Source: Tricharina praecox
Lineage: Eukaryota
Direction: 5' to 3'
DNA length: 64,000 bases
Assembly: GCF_024521635.1 (NCBI RefSeq)
Contig: NW_026250429.1
Span: 310,001-374,000, forward strand
Shown in pieces: positions 1 to 12,951 of the stretch. The notes beneath the pieces were generated by a model. It did no database searches and was not told the origin of the DNA. It saw only the letters and a program-made list of their open reading frames with translations. Each line of letters opens with the position of its first letter. The first letter of the stretch is position 1. Made by a program: the position numbers and the translations under genes.

Positions 1-3000
1 TCACCTGGGTTTGTAGCATAGATATGTAGCTAGTCGAGGTGGAGGTGGATGTGGGGTACTACCCTATCTAGAGTACGGGAGTGTAGAGGATAGTTATCAT
101 CCGTCACATCATCATCGTCATCATCGTCGTTGTCGTCGAGTATGTATGTAGATAGATAGATAGATATGTAGATAGGTGGGAGTAGGTGTCGGTCCATGGG
201 GGCTTCAGCGCTATCCAGGCGATTGACCGGTTGGCTGTTGGCTGCTGGCGGTTGCTTGCGCCTGGTGAAGGGTCCCTTCCGCCCCCTCCTTCCACCTTCC
301 ACCTTCCACCAAGGTACATACTGTACTTTATCCTGACCCTGACGACCGACCGACCAACCGACCGACGACCGATCGACCGACGACCGATCGACCGACCGCC
401 GAGCTTCCCTTCCTTCTTCCTTCCCTCGTTACATATACCCTCCTATGCAGTACTCTGTGGGCAATCGACAGGGGCCGTGCAACGGTGCAAGTGCGGGTGC
501 GGGTGCGGGTGCGAGAGGGGAGCAACCGTGGTTACAGACTCCGGATGATTGTTTCGAGGATATTTAACTGTCTGCCTGCATGCCGGATTGAATTTCTTCC
601 CCTGATTCCCTGAGGGTGTACATACAGGGTGATTTTATCCTCCCGTAACTACCATGATGTGTGGAGTGTGGAGTGGCTGCATGTGAATATGTACTGTATG
701 TATTGAATGAGGACCTCCGTATGTAACATTGTAGGGTATAGAATAGAGTGCTATAGAGTGGAGAATGTAGATAGATAGATGATAGATACCGCAGAGCCGC
801 TATGGCAGAAAAAGGCAGAAAACGTCATCTTTTTCGGATGTGGGCTGGCCACGGCCATAATGCTGAAATGTGTGTGTGTGTGGCATAGGTAGTATCGGGG
901 TAAGGTGGTCGGGGGGAACGGGGAGGGAGGGAGGGCTTTTTTTTGCACTGTGCCCCCCCAAAAAATCCCCGTCGTGGATAACTTTGCTAGTACCCAGCTG
1001 AGATGCCTCGGGCAATCTCGGATTGATGGAAGAACGAGCAGCGACGACGACGAGATAAGTCGAGTTCCTTCCTAGCTCCTACCCTAGGCCTAGGTACCTC
1101 CGGTATGTATGTAGGTAAGCTGGAGCCTGGAAGTATGATGCTACTTCAGCCTTCGGGCTAGGAGTTATCAATTCCAACGGCGCTGGCGATGGGGGAAAAG
1201 TGCCTACATATCGGCCACGGTGTCTACCGCCTGCCGCCGTCTTCGCCGTCGTCCGTTTCGCCGCATCAGAGATACACAGAAACAAGGCTTCCCTTTCCTT
1301 TCCAGACCAGGCTAACCATCCGTCCGGACGGATCACTGTCGGCCCCTCGGGATATTATCATATGTAGGCAATTCGGCCTCGCAGGATGCGAGTGGCGTGG
1401 CGTAAGCCTCCCCTTCTACCTCCCTTCCCTTCCCCTTCCCCACAGGCGCCTTCATCTGCAAGTTGCAAGCCGTGCAGAGAATAATGTCGGAGTCGGATAT
1501 GTATCGAGCACCAGCCCAGCCCAGTCCAGCGGCCAGCCCATCCCGCTCAGGGGGGAGGAGGAAACACCGCGCCGCACCCCACCTTGCACCTCCACCTGGC
1601 ACCTCCACCACCTCCACCTCCACCTCCCACTCCGCCATTCCCCCAGTCAAAAAGGGCATGGTTCCGTTCGGTTTGGTGCCTGGCACATGGTGTGGAGTAA
1701 AGTGCTCTACCCAGGTTCCCTTCCCAGCCAACAGCCAACAGCCAACAGCCTGGCCTAGCTGGTTCGGAAAAACTTGTTAGCCCTTGGGCTTGTGGCTGGG
1801 GCCGGGGGGGACAGGCTATGTAAACTTTCGGGCTCGGAAAAACTTGTGCGAGCTGGCCCGGCGACTAGACTCTAGTTAGTTGAGTATATAGAGTAGAGTG
1901 GAACCAGAGCGTCGCAGGGGTGCGTGGGTGACTGCGTGGGTGAGGAGCTCGAATTCGTTCTTTTTCTTTTACCCGTGATCTCGATTCGACGGGAAGCAGC
2001 AGCAGCACCAGCAGCAGCGGCGAATTGTGCGTGTGGGGTTCTTTTGAAGGAATTTAGCCACATATATCCCTTTTCCACGGTTTCGCACCGCATACCGTAC
2101 TCTACTCCACCGAGGGGGAAAATCTGTGCAGTAAGCGACCAGATGAGGCAGCCTGATTCCTCGTCCTCTCCCTCTCTTCGCCTATGGAAGGAAGGAAGGA
2201 AGGAATGGTCGGAATGAGGGGGGGGCATGCGGTTGGTTGGTTGGTGGAGGCGGGAAGAAGCTTGCGCGCTGCGTGCTGATTGCTGAGCGCTGAAGAAGCC
2301 AGTGGCAACATGTAAGAAGATACCTTGGTGGATGTCGTGAGCGTGAGCGAGAGAGGCGTGCGGACTCCGGTGTGGCAGTGGGTCGCTGGGTCGGTCTTGC
2401 GCGGTGCAGGCGCACTGAGGAGAGCGCTGATATATAGTATAGCGGTTTATGTTCCGGCAACACTTCAAGACGAGGTCGGAGGAATTGCTGTTTGGGCCAC
2501 TTGAGAATGTTTCCAGAGTAGCGATGCCAGCCGTGGCCACCAGCTGTGTCCACTCAAGGCTGGCCACTGGAGACTGGCGCCCCATCGGCGAAACAGAAGC
2601 CGTTATCTACCGCGGTTGCGCTTTGAGCACATACGCTCGAGCACCAACACTAACACTTTCCTTTTTTACCCTTCCCTTTTCTTTCCTTTTCTTCCTTTTC
2701 TCCCTTCCTTTTTTCTTTTTTCTTCTGTTTTCGCCACAACCCAAGCCCAGTCCAACCCAAGCCCAGCCCAACTCGGATGTGTCTTTTCCCCTGCGAAAAA
2801 TGTGGGGGAAGGAGGAGGGCTGACAGCTGCTGCTTGCTGCTTGCTGGGAGCCTGCGAGCCCGGGACAGAGCCGGAGTTTTCGTATGCTGGAGTTGCATAG
2901 CCACGAGTAGCCACTTCTGTGGGTGGGTGAGAATGCCGGAGTTCCCTGCGCGCGCGACGACGCAAGGCACCACCTCCACCACCTCCACCGCCGAGACGCA

Positions 3001-5668
3001 GACGCAGAGACGCAGATGCTACGGAAGGAAGGAAAGAAAGAAAGAAACGCCATGCTTGTGTAGCGCTTACCTCACCTTCCTTGCTTTGCCGTCTTCACCG
3101 TCTTGACCTTCCCCAATTCCCAGCGTTCGATTGACCGATTGACCGATTGACCGACAGACCGACAGGCCCGAGGAAGCTCTCGTTTCTGTCTGTCTGTTTG
3201 TATGTCGTCTGTCGCACACATGGCAGCAGCAGCAGAAGAATTTCACTGTTCCAGGGCTTGACATTCCCATTGGGCGGCTCCGTTATCGTCGACTGTTATG
3301 TAGCTAGAAGTTAATCCCTGGCCTCAACCGTTCCAACGATCTCGCTCCTTGCCCGCTCCTTGCTCGCATGATGTGATGTGATGTGATATGATGTGGGGAC
3401 GTGGTACGGCCATATGTACGGTATGTAGGGTAGGTATCTGGGGGACATATGCTGCCTATGCTACCTATGCTATGTATGCTACCTATCTGCAGGGCCTACC
3501 GCCACCACGCCGGGTCTTGCGGAAACGCTCCGGTCAGTTCCTAACTTCCTACTACATATTACCCGCTGGCTGGCTGAGGGAGCTGGTTGGAGGAGAGCTG
3601 GAGTAGTGGGAGTGGTGGGAGATACACAACCACAACCACCTCCACCACCACTACACGCGCCCCGCAATCATCACTTCATTCTTCCTTCATTCGCCGTCGT
3701 CGTCCTCGTCGTTCGTCGTCGTCATCCTGGTTGTCGTCCTGGTCGTTGTCGTCGTCGTCGTTTATGAAAAATGAAAGGGCCACGGACACCCCGCCCCCGC
3801 GTCCGTCGCAGCCGGCCCTACCCCCCAAGGTCAAGAAGTCGAGAATTCGTCAACGGAGCGGGCGAGCGTAATCTAGAGTACCACCACTAGGTACTACTAC
3901 TAGTAGTGCTGGGGCCGAAGGAGCCCAACTAAATACCATGCCCTTCCCATGCGCTTCCGTCCCCCCCCCGGCCCCGCCGGCAGGGCCAGACTCCTTCCCT
4001 CCCTCCCTACTCCATCCTTCCGACTCCCGACCGACACCTAGGCGCGGCTGCGGAGACAACGCCGGAGACAACGCCGGAATCAGAATCGACTCTAGACGTC
4101 AATGAAAAGAAGCGCCCCCACCGCCCCACCAGCGCCCCACCACGGTCCGAAGTTCGACGGTCGAAAGTCGAAATTCTACGCAGTGCACGTTGCCTAGCGT
4201 ATGACGAATGACGAACAGGAAAAGGAAACGCACGTGCGCGGGTGACTACCTGCCAGACTATCATAACCTACAGACCTGCAGACCTACCAGGCGCCTACCA
4301 GGTACGTAGCTAACTGCGGAGTGAGTCGAACCGTTGGACTCGAACGAGAGGTTTGCGGGGACTGGGACGGGGAGGGGAGGCGGGGATGGAGGCGGGGGAG
4401 AACGTGGAAGGGAGGCGGGGATGGAGGCGGGGGAGAACGTGGAAGGGAGGCGGGGGGGCGGGGTGGAACGGAGGCGGGGCGGGGGGAAGCTTCAAGGGGT
4501 GGGAAGCTTTTTTTGGCTCCGAGAACACATAATCAATGAAGTCTTGGTCCGTGGCACCAAAGTTTGAAGTCTGAAGTCTCGGGGTGAAAGTTAAAGTTAA
4601 ATTGAATGTGAAAGTAAATGTGGTAGGAATGGCCGAGAAACGTGGCGGGGTGTGGCGTGGCGGGGCAGGGCGTGGCGGGGCCGGGCAATTGAGAGCCGCA
4701 CGGCCGGCCGGCCAGCGAGAGGTCGGAGGTCAGAGGTATCCACCGGTGTACTCCCGAAACACGCATTAACGGTTGACTAACCGTCGTATAGCGTATCTAT
4801 AGAGTATCGCGGGGCAGTTGCATGATAGGCTGCAAGCTGTCTGTGGAAGCGCTTCGTCTCCTCGAAGAGTCGCAGTCCGTACCGTATGATTCGCTCCGAA
4901 ACGGCCAGGCCAGGCGACACCCACCACACACCAGACACCACACACACCAGACACCACGCAGTGCAAGCACGAGCTCGGTAGGTACGTATCTTGGGCGAAT
5001 CAACGAGTTGCGCCCGCCCTGCAGCTGTTCTAACAGGAGCATGTAGGGAGGAGATGCCGGCTGTATGTATGTATATTATGGTTTCGGCGGGCCATCGGAG
5101 ATCGAAAAACTCACCTCAACTTCAACTCCAACCCAATGGAGTGCATTGCTCGCAAAAGCAAGCACGCCATGTGCCAATGTACCATACGTAGAGTGTGTAG
5201 TGGTAGCATGTGGGATGTATGTAGCAGTAGAGTATGCGCCGCACCCAATGGCTCGGGGTATGTACCGAGTACATACAGTACATGCTCCACCTATGTACCT
5301 ATATACTCCAGGGACCTCCATAGGCAGATAGATACATGGAGGTTAACTATGCACCTGCGCGGATAGGGAGGTACCTACTACCGTTAGGTACTTGGGTACA
5401 TAACTGCTCGTTGGGCATACCCGCACCCGCACCCACTCCGATCCTTCCGTCCTCACTCGTACCATAGTCACGCACAGTCAGAATCTACCGGCTGCGTGCC
5501 GAGGGATCACGACCAGAGCAGTTGGGAGGTTAATCCGGGCCAGCCGTGACTCATGAGGCTAGTTTCCCCGTCCCCGTCCCCGTCCCTCCCCGCGCCACAA
5601 ACGGTAACTAAGGCTCGTCCGAGCTCCGGACACGACCAAGGCTATCATAGCATATCCGATGGTACCTG

Positions 5669-5701
<33 letters not shown>

Positions 5702-7953
5702 GTAGGTTCAGAGCTCCAGCCTGGCTAACCTACCTACCCGACAATTTCCTTCTCGTTCGTCCAAGCTGGGCTGACTGGCTGACTGGCTGGCTGGCAAAGT
5801 CAATTCGAACCGTGGAAGTTTGAGCGAAATCGTCGCAGGCAGTTTTGGGCGACATGTAAATCCTCTGCTTTCCCCTTCCCCTAGCCAACATATATTTGGT
5901 AGCAACTTGCCTTGCAGCCTTGTTTGCATCAACGACAACGGCAACAGCCAAAACGACGACGACAACCACAACCTCAACCACACGATAACAGCCGCCCTCG
6001 CGTCCGTCCGCCCGCCCGTTCACCCGCCGATTTCCTCGCAGCAAATCTTGGTCCGTGCGTGCGTGTGCCCCACGATCGGTGTCAACGGCAAACAGGCTGA
6101 ATTCGTATAGACACAAGTACTCTCACGAAATAATTTTTATTTCCGCATCCGGTAAGCAGGCAAAAAGTTCATCGGCTATCCTGCACGAATCACCGCCGAC
6201 AGGCGAAAAGGCGGGAGAAGTTGAAAAGAGCAAGGGAAAAAGAAGAAGAAGAAGAAAGAAGGCTGACCGGGTATGCTGTGGCAGTGTGGCTTCTTTGTTC
6301 GCCGTAGAGGAACGTGCTCTCCACCCCCCCTCCGGCCCCAGACCCCAACATCCGCACTTTTGCAGCAGCCACTGGAAAGGAAAGGAATCCCCAAGTCGCA
6401 GTCGCAAGCCCAGCGGTTTCAAAAAAGTCAGGGCCACCGCCGGCAGCAACAGCAGTATTCGCAAGGAAGGGCACGGAGCCTTTTTTTCTTTTATTTTTCT
6501 TTTCTTTCTTTCTTTTCTGGCCAGCCAGCCAGCCAGCACACACGCCAGCACCAGCACCAGCAGAAGCAGAAGCAGAAGCAGAAGCAGTGCAGCCGTCTCC
6601 TTCGCTTTCTCTGCCCCCCGGATTCCCCATTTCCCCATCCAGCGATCTCGGATCAGAAACTGTTGTTTCGGTGAGCCGTGTTGTGGGTTTCACCTAGCCG
6701 CGTCACGTACCGGAGTTTTCGACAGCCAGCAGCAGCAAATTTTTCGTGGCAGCGAGATCGAGTCCCCCAACGAGCGAGCGCCGCAGCCACTCTAGGTACT
6801 CTACTCTACCGAACGTCCGCTCCCACGCTCTCTCCCACGGTCCCACCCTCACCACCGTTCTCCTCAGCTTTCTCTTCCTCTTTCACTCCCTCTCTCCCCG
6901 GACCGGTGTTCCAGCTGTCTATGGTGCAAGCGCACGATCAAGATCGGAGCAAAGGGATCTGACGCCAAGCGCCCCATTTGTGTTTTTCTACGGGACAGCC
7001 CGCAGCAGCTACTCCATCCATACAACCACCCATACAGACCCATACAACCCTTACAACCCACCCACACTCCCCCCCCTCCCCCCCTCCCTACGGACCAACC
7101 CACCCACCATCCCACACGGCCACCAACTACCCATTCCGAACGGCCAGCGATAACACACCAGGTCTAAAAGTGTGTGCTCCCACCACCACCTAATCAACCA
7201 CCGCCGACTCTTCCACCACCATCACATCCTCCTCCACTACCACCGCATTTCACATTCCCAGAAGCCAGAAACTCGAGATCGAGAAATACGCAATCTATTC
7301 TGCATTATCCGAACGTCGACATCAAAACTCACCACACAACAGCCGCACAACCATCTCCGTCTCCACCACTCCACCAACTCGGCCAACAACTTTCGCGGCC
7401 ACCACCACCATCACATCCTCCTCCTCCTCCTCCATCACACACACCCGCCCTCTCGCGTTGGCAATCTCACCGTCACCAATCTGCCGCCTCCCCACCCCCT
7501 CACAGAGAAATAAAACGCCGCCGCTCCCCCCGCAGAGATCTTCCCCAAACATCACTCCTCGTCACTGTCAGAATCCTGTGCCGCCCGCCTCTCCACAGCC
7601 GTCTACTCAGCTAGTCTCTCAGATTGCCGACACAGCCCAGCGTCTTGCATCAGCTCTCGTGTCACCACCGCCCCGACACAACCCTCCACTACCAACCCAA
7701 CCCAACCCACCCCCCCCCCCCCCCCCCCCTACAGTCCGCCATCTCGCCCTCCCGCGCGTCACGGCCCCCTTTTGTTTGGTGCACCCCCACGCACACCTAG
7801 ACTATAAGACACCCCGCCTCCTCCACACTACCACCTTCTCCACATCAGCCCTTATTACGTCGTGTGGTCCCCCTCAAAAAAAAATCCAACGCTGCCAACT
7901 TGTTTATTCACTCCGAATCCCCAACAATTTCACCACCCATCGCCTAGCCGTTC

Positions 7954-9291
7954 ATGCAACGGTCAACCTCGTCGACGAGTATTCCCTCTCTGACACTGTC
8001 ACCGCAACTGCAATCACAGCATCCTTATCATCAACAACAACATCAACAACAGCAGCCGCAACCACCGCAGTCGGGATTTTCGCCTGCTTTTCACTGGCCA
8101 ATGTCTTTCCAAGATCACGAACGACTTGCAGTCATGAACCACAGTAACCTGACAGCCATGATGGCCCCAATGTCGATGCAGCACGATCACATGCAGGATC
8201 AGCGGACAGAGCTGCCTCGTCCGTACAAATGTCCCCTCTGCGATAAGGCTTTCCACCGCCTCGAGCACCAGACTCGTCACATCCGAACGCATACCGGCGA
8301 GAAGCCTCACGCTTGTGCCTTCCACGGTTGCTCAAAACGATTCAGCAGGTCGGATGAGTTGACTCGCCATTCTCGCATCCACACGAATCCCAATTCCCGA
8401 AGGAGCAATAAGAACCAACAGGCCGCCGCCCTGGCTGCAGCCGGGCACGCCGTGCCTCACCACATGGAACACTCTTCCGCCCGGATGATGCCTCCTCCAC
8501 CGAAGATCATCTCTAAATCGGCTCCGGCCTCGCACGTCGGCTCGCCCAACGTCTCTCCTCCTCACTCCTTCCACGCGATGCATGCGCCGTCGATACATTC
8601 GGCTCTCTCGCCGTTCGCGAGGGCAATGAGCAGCCCGGCCTTGGCCAGTGGCCACCAGAGCCAACTGGATCTGAACCTGCTTGCCCAGACGGCTTCGCAG
8701 CAGCTCGAGCGAGAAAACGGTTCTCGGTATCCCTCCTACTACAACAACAATAACGGAAACCGCTTCCATCAGCTCCCTCCCCTCTCGCACACACAGCCAA
8801 TGTCGCGGTCGCATTCCCACGAGGACGACGATCCCTACGTCTCGCACCGGGCAGCCAAGAAGTCGCGCCCCAGCTCTCCCGTCTCAACGGCACCATCGTC
8901 GCCGACCTTCTCGCACGATTCGTGTTCGCCGACCCCTGAGAGCACTCCTCTCGCGACGCCGGCTCACTCGCCGAGGCTGTACCCACGGGATATGGACTTT
9001 AGCCTCCAGCTGCCCAGCATCAGACAGCTCTCGCTGCGACACATGCCCGCTCTGGCTCCCATGGAGATTGCCGATCCCTACAACGCCGGCCAGAACAACC
9101 ACAACACCATCCAGGTCTCGCACGGCATGCGGCTCGGTGACATCATCAACCGAACGGACGGCGCGCAGAGGAAACTGCCGGTTCCTTCGGTGCCGCGAGT
9201 AGCGGTGCACGATCTATTGAACGGAGGATATTCCAACACGTCGTCTTCGAGTAATAGCATCGCTGGAGGCGATCTAGCGGAGCGGATATGA
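7954..9291 (+). CDS. creA: C2H2 zinc-finger carbon catabolite repressor CreA/Cre1 (Mig1 family), 445 aa, single exon
   Basis: Two C2H2 fingers [33 protein letters not shown]...[23 protein letters not shown], followed by an Ala run. Also has the conserved [37 protein letters not shown] region, LPSIRQLSL and a C-terminal QRKLPVP...DLAERI. Confidence 0.97.
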   Translation: MQRSTSSTSIPSLTLSPQLQSQHPYHQQQHQQQQPQPPQSGFSPAFHWPMSFQDHERLAVMNHSNLTAMMAPMSMQHDHMQDQRTELPRPYKCPLCDKAFHRLEHQTRHIRTHTGEKPHACAFHGCSKRFSRSDELTRHSRIHTNPNSRRSNKNQQAAALAAAGHAVPHHMEHSSARMMPPPPKIISKSAPASHVGSPNVSPPHSFHAMHAPSIHSALSPFARAMSSPALASGHQSQLDLNLLAQTASQQLERENGSRYPSYYNNNNGNRFHQLPPLSHTQPMSRSHSHEDDDPYVSHRAAKKSRPSSPVSTAPSSPTFSHDSCSPTPESTPLATPAHSPRLYPRDMDFSLQLPSIRQLSLRHMPALAPMEIADPYNAGQNNHNTIQVSHGMRLGDIINRTDGAQRKLPVPSVPRVAVHDLLNGGYSNTSSSSNSIAGGDLAERI

Positions 9292-12200
9292 GATTTCCAT
9301 TTCATTTGCCTTAATTAATTATGGTTCTTTCTCCTCTTACTATTTTTTTGTTCAAGCGAGTCTCTTCTGGGTTTTCGTTTTTTTTTTGTATCTCTTTTTT
9401 TTGTTCTCTTTTTCTTTCAGGCAAGGTCTGGTCTGGTCTGGGGTTGGCGAAACACTTTGTTTATAGACGGTTCTGCTTCTTTGGCTCTGGCAATATTTTT
9501 CTTATTTTTCTACGATGGGCGTTTTATCCTGTTCTTTTGGGGCGGGCGGCGGGTGGGTTAGCTGGGCGGCGGGGGGCGGTGTTCGACATCATTATATTTG
9601 ATTTCATTTCATGTTCCTCCACCTCTTCTCCAATCAGTTTCTTCATCTTCATGTAGGCATCTTTGGGTGTGAGATGGAGCTTCCTCCTATTATTATTATT
9701 TTACTCGAAAGAGGAAGATGTTTTTTGTATCCCCCCCCCCCCAACGATCTCCCCTTTTTTGTTTGTTTGTGGCTTGTGGCTTGTTATATAGATGGCGCGG
9801 GAAGGGGCATAGGGCTGGGATGTATTCGATTTCTATTCCGCTACCAGTGTCTCCTCTGCTTTCGTTTCGTTTCGGTTCCTTGGGCTATCGGGAGTTGTCC
9901 GGTATATTCGTTTTGTGGGTTATCCATCATGTAAGAGTAGGAGGGAGATGTTCCACTCACCACGGCGGCGATTGTTAGTTACGGGGTCGGGATCAGGGTC
10001 GGAGCAGACGGAGCAGACGGAGCAGACGGACGGAGAAGATGGTCAAGGCAGACGGTCATCATAGTCTAGTCTATGATAGTAATAACAAACAAACAAACAC
10101 GACTCACTTCTCACTGTACAATTACTTGTGTTGCAGTCACTTGTGTTCAGTTATATCAGTCATATCCGGGGGAGGATGTGGGGAGTGGAGGAGTCTAGGA
10201 GGGGAGGAGGGCAGGATAAGGAGGGAGGCGAGTGGGAGGAGGGGCGGAGGGAGTCAGTTAATCTCCTGAGCCTGAGCCCGGCTGCCCGGATGTTGTTCGC
10301 AAGCCCGCTGGTTGGTTGGTTGGATGGATGGTGGTTGTTGGGAGGCTGGTTGGGAGGCAGGTGGGAGGCTGGCTGGTTGGGAGAATGGGTGGGATGGAGG
10401 AACGGGCTGTGTGGCATGATGAAACGGAACGGACCTTGGCCGCCGGAGTTTGGCCGCCGGGGCGGGTGGAGTCATGGAGTCATGGAGTCATGGAGACGGG
10501 CGGTACCGTAGGTGGAGTGTTGGTAGAGTACGTACGTGCGGGGGTGGAGAGGGATGGGATGGGGAGCGAGGAGAGGGGGGTGACTGCGGGCTGTATATTG
10601 CTATGTTCCTACAGTTCTACAGTTTTATATCTCCATGTTTCGGCATTACGGCATTACAGAACTATGGCATTATGGCATTACCTAAGGACTTAGCCATCAT
10701 ACTTCTTGCTTCTTGCCTACACTCACCACGGCGATCGGTTTCCTCCTCCTCCTCCCCCTCCATATACCTTTCCGACTCAATCCACCCTCAGAGCCACTCC
10801 ACCCTCAACCCCCGAAGCGACGGAGGAAGGTTGAACGAGGAGGGAGGAAGCAGGAAGGAGGAACGAGCAACGAGCAACGAGGAATGAGTATGGAGTATAG
10901 GAACGATGAACGCTGAACGAGACAAAAATTGTGGGGAAGTATTGACTTGCTTGCTTGCGTAGGCAGAACCGTAGGCAGGCGGCAGATAGGTAGGTAAGCA
11001 GGCGGCAGTCGAGCAGGCAACCAGGCAGGCAAAGGGTAAGTGGTCCGCAAGGCAGGTGAGCAGGTGAGCAGGGCAGATATGGTATGATATGCACATGGGC
11101 AAGCAACGCACACTGCACAGGCCGACGGTATCGGTATGTACATGTAGTACGATCATGGCGTTTAGCCGGCGGTCAGGCGGGGGGGGGGGGGGGGGGGAGC
11201 AGGCGGGCGGGATAGGCGGGCGGGTGGACGGTAAGCTCTTGCTATGGACACTCTCACACTCTCACCTCTCACATACAGACACGGACAGTCAAACACTGAC
11301 TTGCACGTAGAGTACACATCCACATCCACACATACATCCCCCATCCCGACCATACACATGCACTTGCATCTTCACTTCTTACACTTCTTACAGTTGCACA
11401 TGCATTTACACATGCTGCAAGTTGGCAACATATATCTACACAAACCTATACATAAACTTATACACATAAGAATCACGATCAGATACCGGTTATCTGATGG
11501 ACCGACAAACTTCTTCATGGATAGATTTCTTCATGGATAGATTTCTGCATTTCTGCATAGACTCCTAGCTGTACGGATAGATTTCCGTACGGATATACAT
11601 ATGGTGGTTGGTGGTTGGAGGGGAGTGAGCAGTAGTAGTTAAGTGCAGCATATGTGGCATCGATCTGTCCAAACATCGATCTCGAACAGCATGGCGTAGC
11701 TTACACCACCACTCTACTCTACCTACATAGGCACATCATCACATCACATCACATCGCATCGCCGCATCCCCGGAATCTATCTACTTTCTTATAAGTGTGT
11801 GTGGGCCGCGTTTGGTTTGGTTGCGTTGCGTGAGACTTCAGTGTGTGAGTGTGTGAGTGTAGAGTATATAGGTGAGAGGGTGTGTGGTTGTTTCCCTCCC
11901 TTCATCCCCGCCTCCCCTCCCCTCTATTCCCCCTCCTCCCCCTCCCCTCTATTCCCCCTCCTCCCCCTCCCCCTCCCCCGCTATGTATCTGCCGGTGGGA
12001 GCAAACACGATGATGGAGGGATGGATGGATGGGATGGTGCTTTTGTTTTGTGGGATGGTTTGGTTTGGTTTGGTTGGAGGTTGGGGTACTCTATGTACTC
12101 TAGGTACTCTAGGTACTAGTAGGTGGGTGGGTGGGTTTGTACGATGACGATGACGACGATGGACGATAGACAGATAGATTATGTACCGTTGTAGATAGGC

Positions 12201-12694
12201 AGAGTAGGTATGTAGGCAGATAGATAGAGTGAGTGGGTACAGTGGGTACAGTGGGTAACTTGGGTAGTACCGTGATGATGACGGTGATGCTGACGGACGA
12301 TGACGATGACGGTGATGCGTGCGAGACAGACAGACAGACAGACAGACACACACCAGAGTAGACACATAGATAGGGCTCAGCGTCCGGCGGGCGCGCGGAC
12401 AGTCGAGCGAGGTGGCTGCGAGCGAGCTTGCGAGCTTGCGTCCGCCGAGAGTGCCCTCCTCACCGCTGCCCACCACCACCACCAACACCACACCACTCTA
12501 CAAACCTTCAAGTGTGGCTGGACGGAGAATTTAAACACCAAATATGATGTCGCTTTTTTTCATCGAGAAAGAAAAAAAAAGGTGGGGTAATTTGCGATTT
12601 ACGGACATGGTCGCGAAGGGGGGTGGGGAGCAGAGAAAGCAGACAGACAGACAGACAGATCGCTGCTGCTGCTTCTGATGGTGACGACGATGAT

Positions 12695-12752
12695 GGTGTG
12701 GAGACGTAGGTGTGGAGACGTAGGTGTGGAGACGTAGGTGTGGAGACGTAGG
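12695..12752. repeat. 14-bp minisatellite (GGTGTGGAGACGTA) x4
   Basis: Four direct tandem copies. Confidence 0.9.
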
Positions 12753-12897
12753 CGGGAGTATGACGTCGCTTTCCTTTCCTTTTCTCTTCCTTTTCTCTTT
12801 CCTTTTGCCTTTTCCTTTTCCTTCTTCCTTCTTCGCGAGCGAGAGAGCGAGCGAAAGAGCTGGCGCCATATTTTCGTTATCTTGCACCTTGCACCAT

Positions 12898-12898
<1 letters not shown>

Positions 12899-12948
<50 letters not shown>
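12899..12948. repeat. (CT)n microsatellite
   Basis: About 25 perfect CT units. Confidence 0.95.

Positions 12949-12951
<3 letters not shown>

Noticed and set aside
1..7900. Numerous 60-250 aa ORFs in intergenic regions (here and at 9.3-26.9, 28.6-36.9 and 46.3-51 kb)
   Set aside because: Low-complexity translations of microsatellite-rich DNA with no domain motifs or consistent splice structure.
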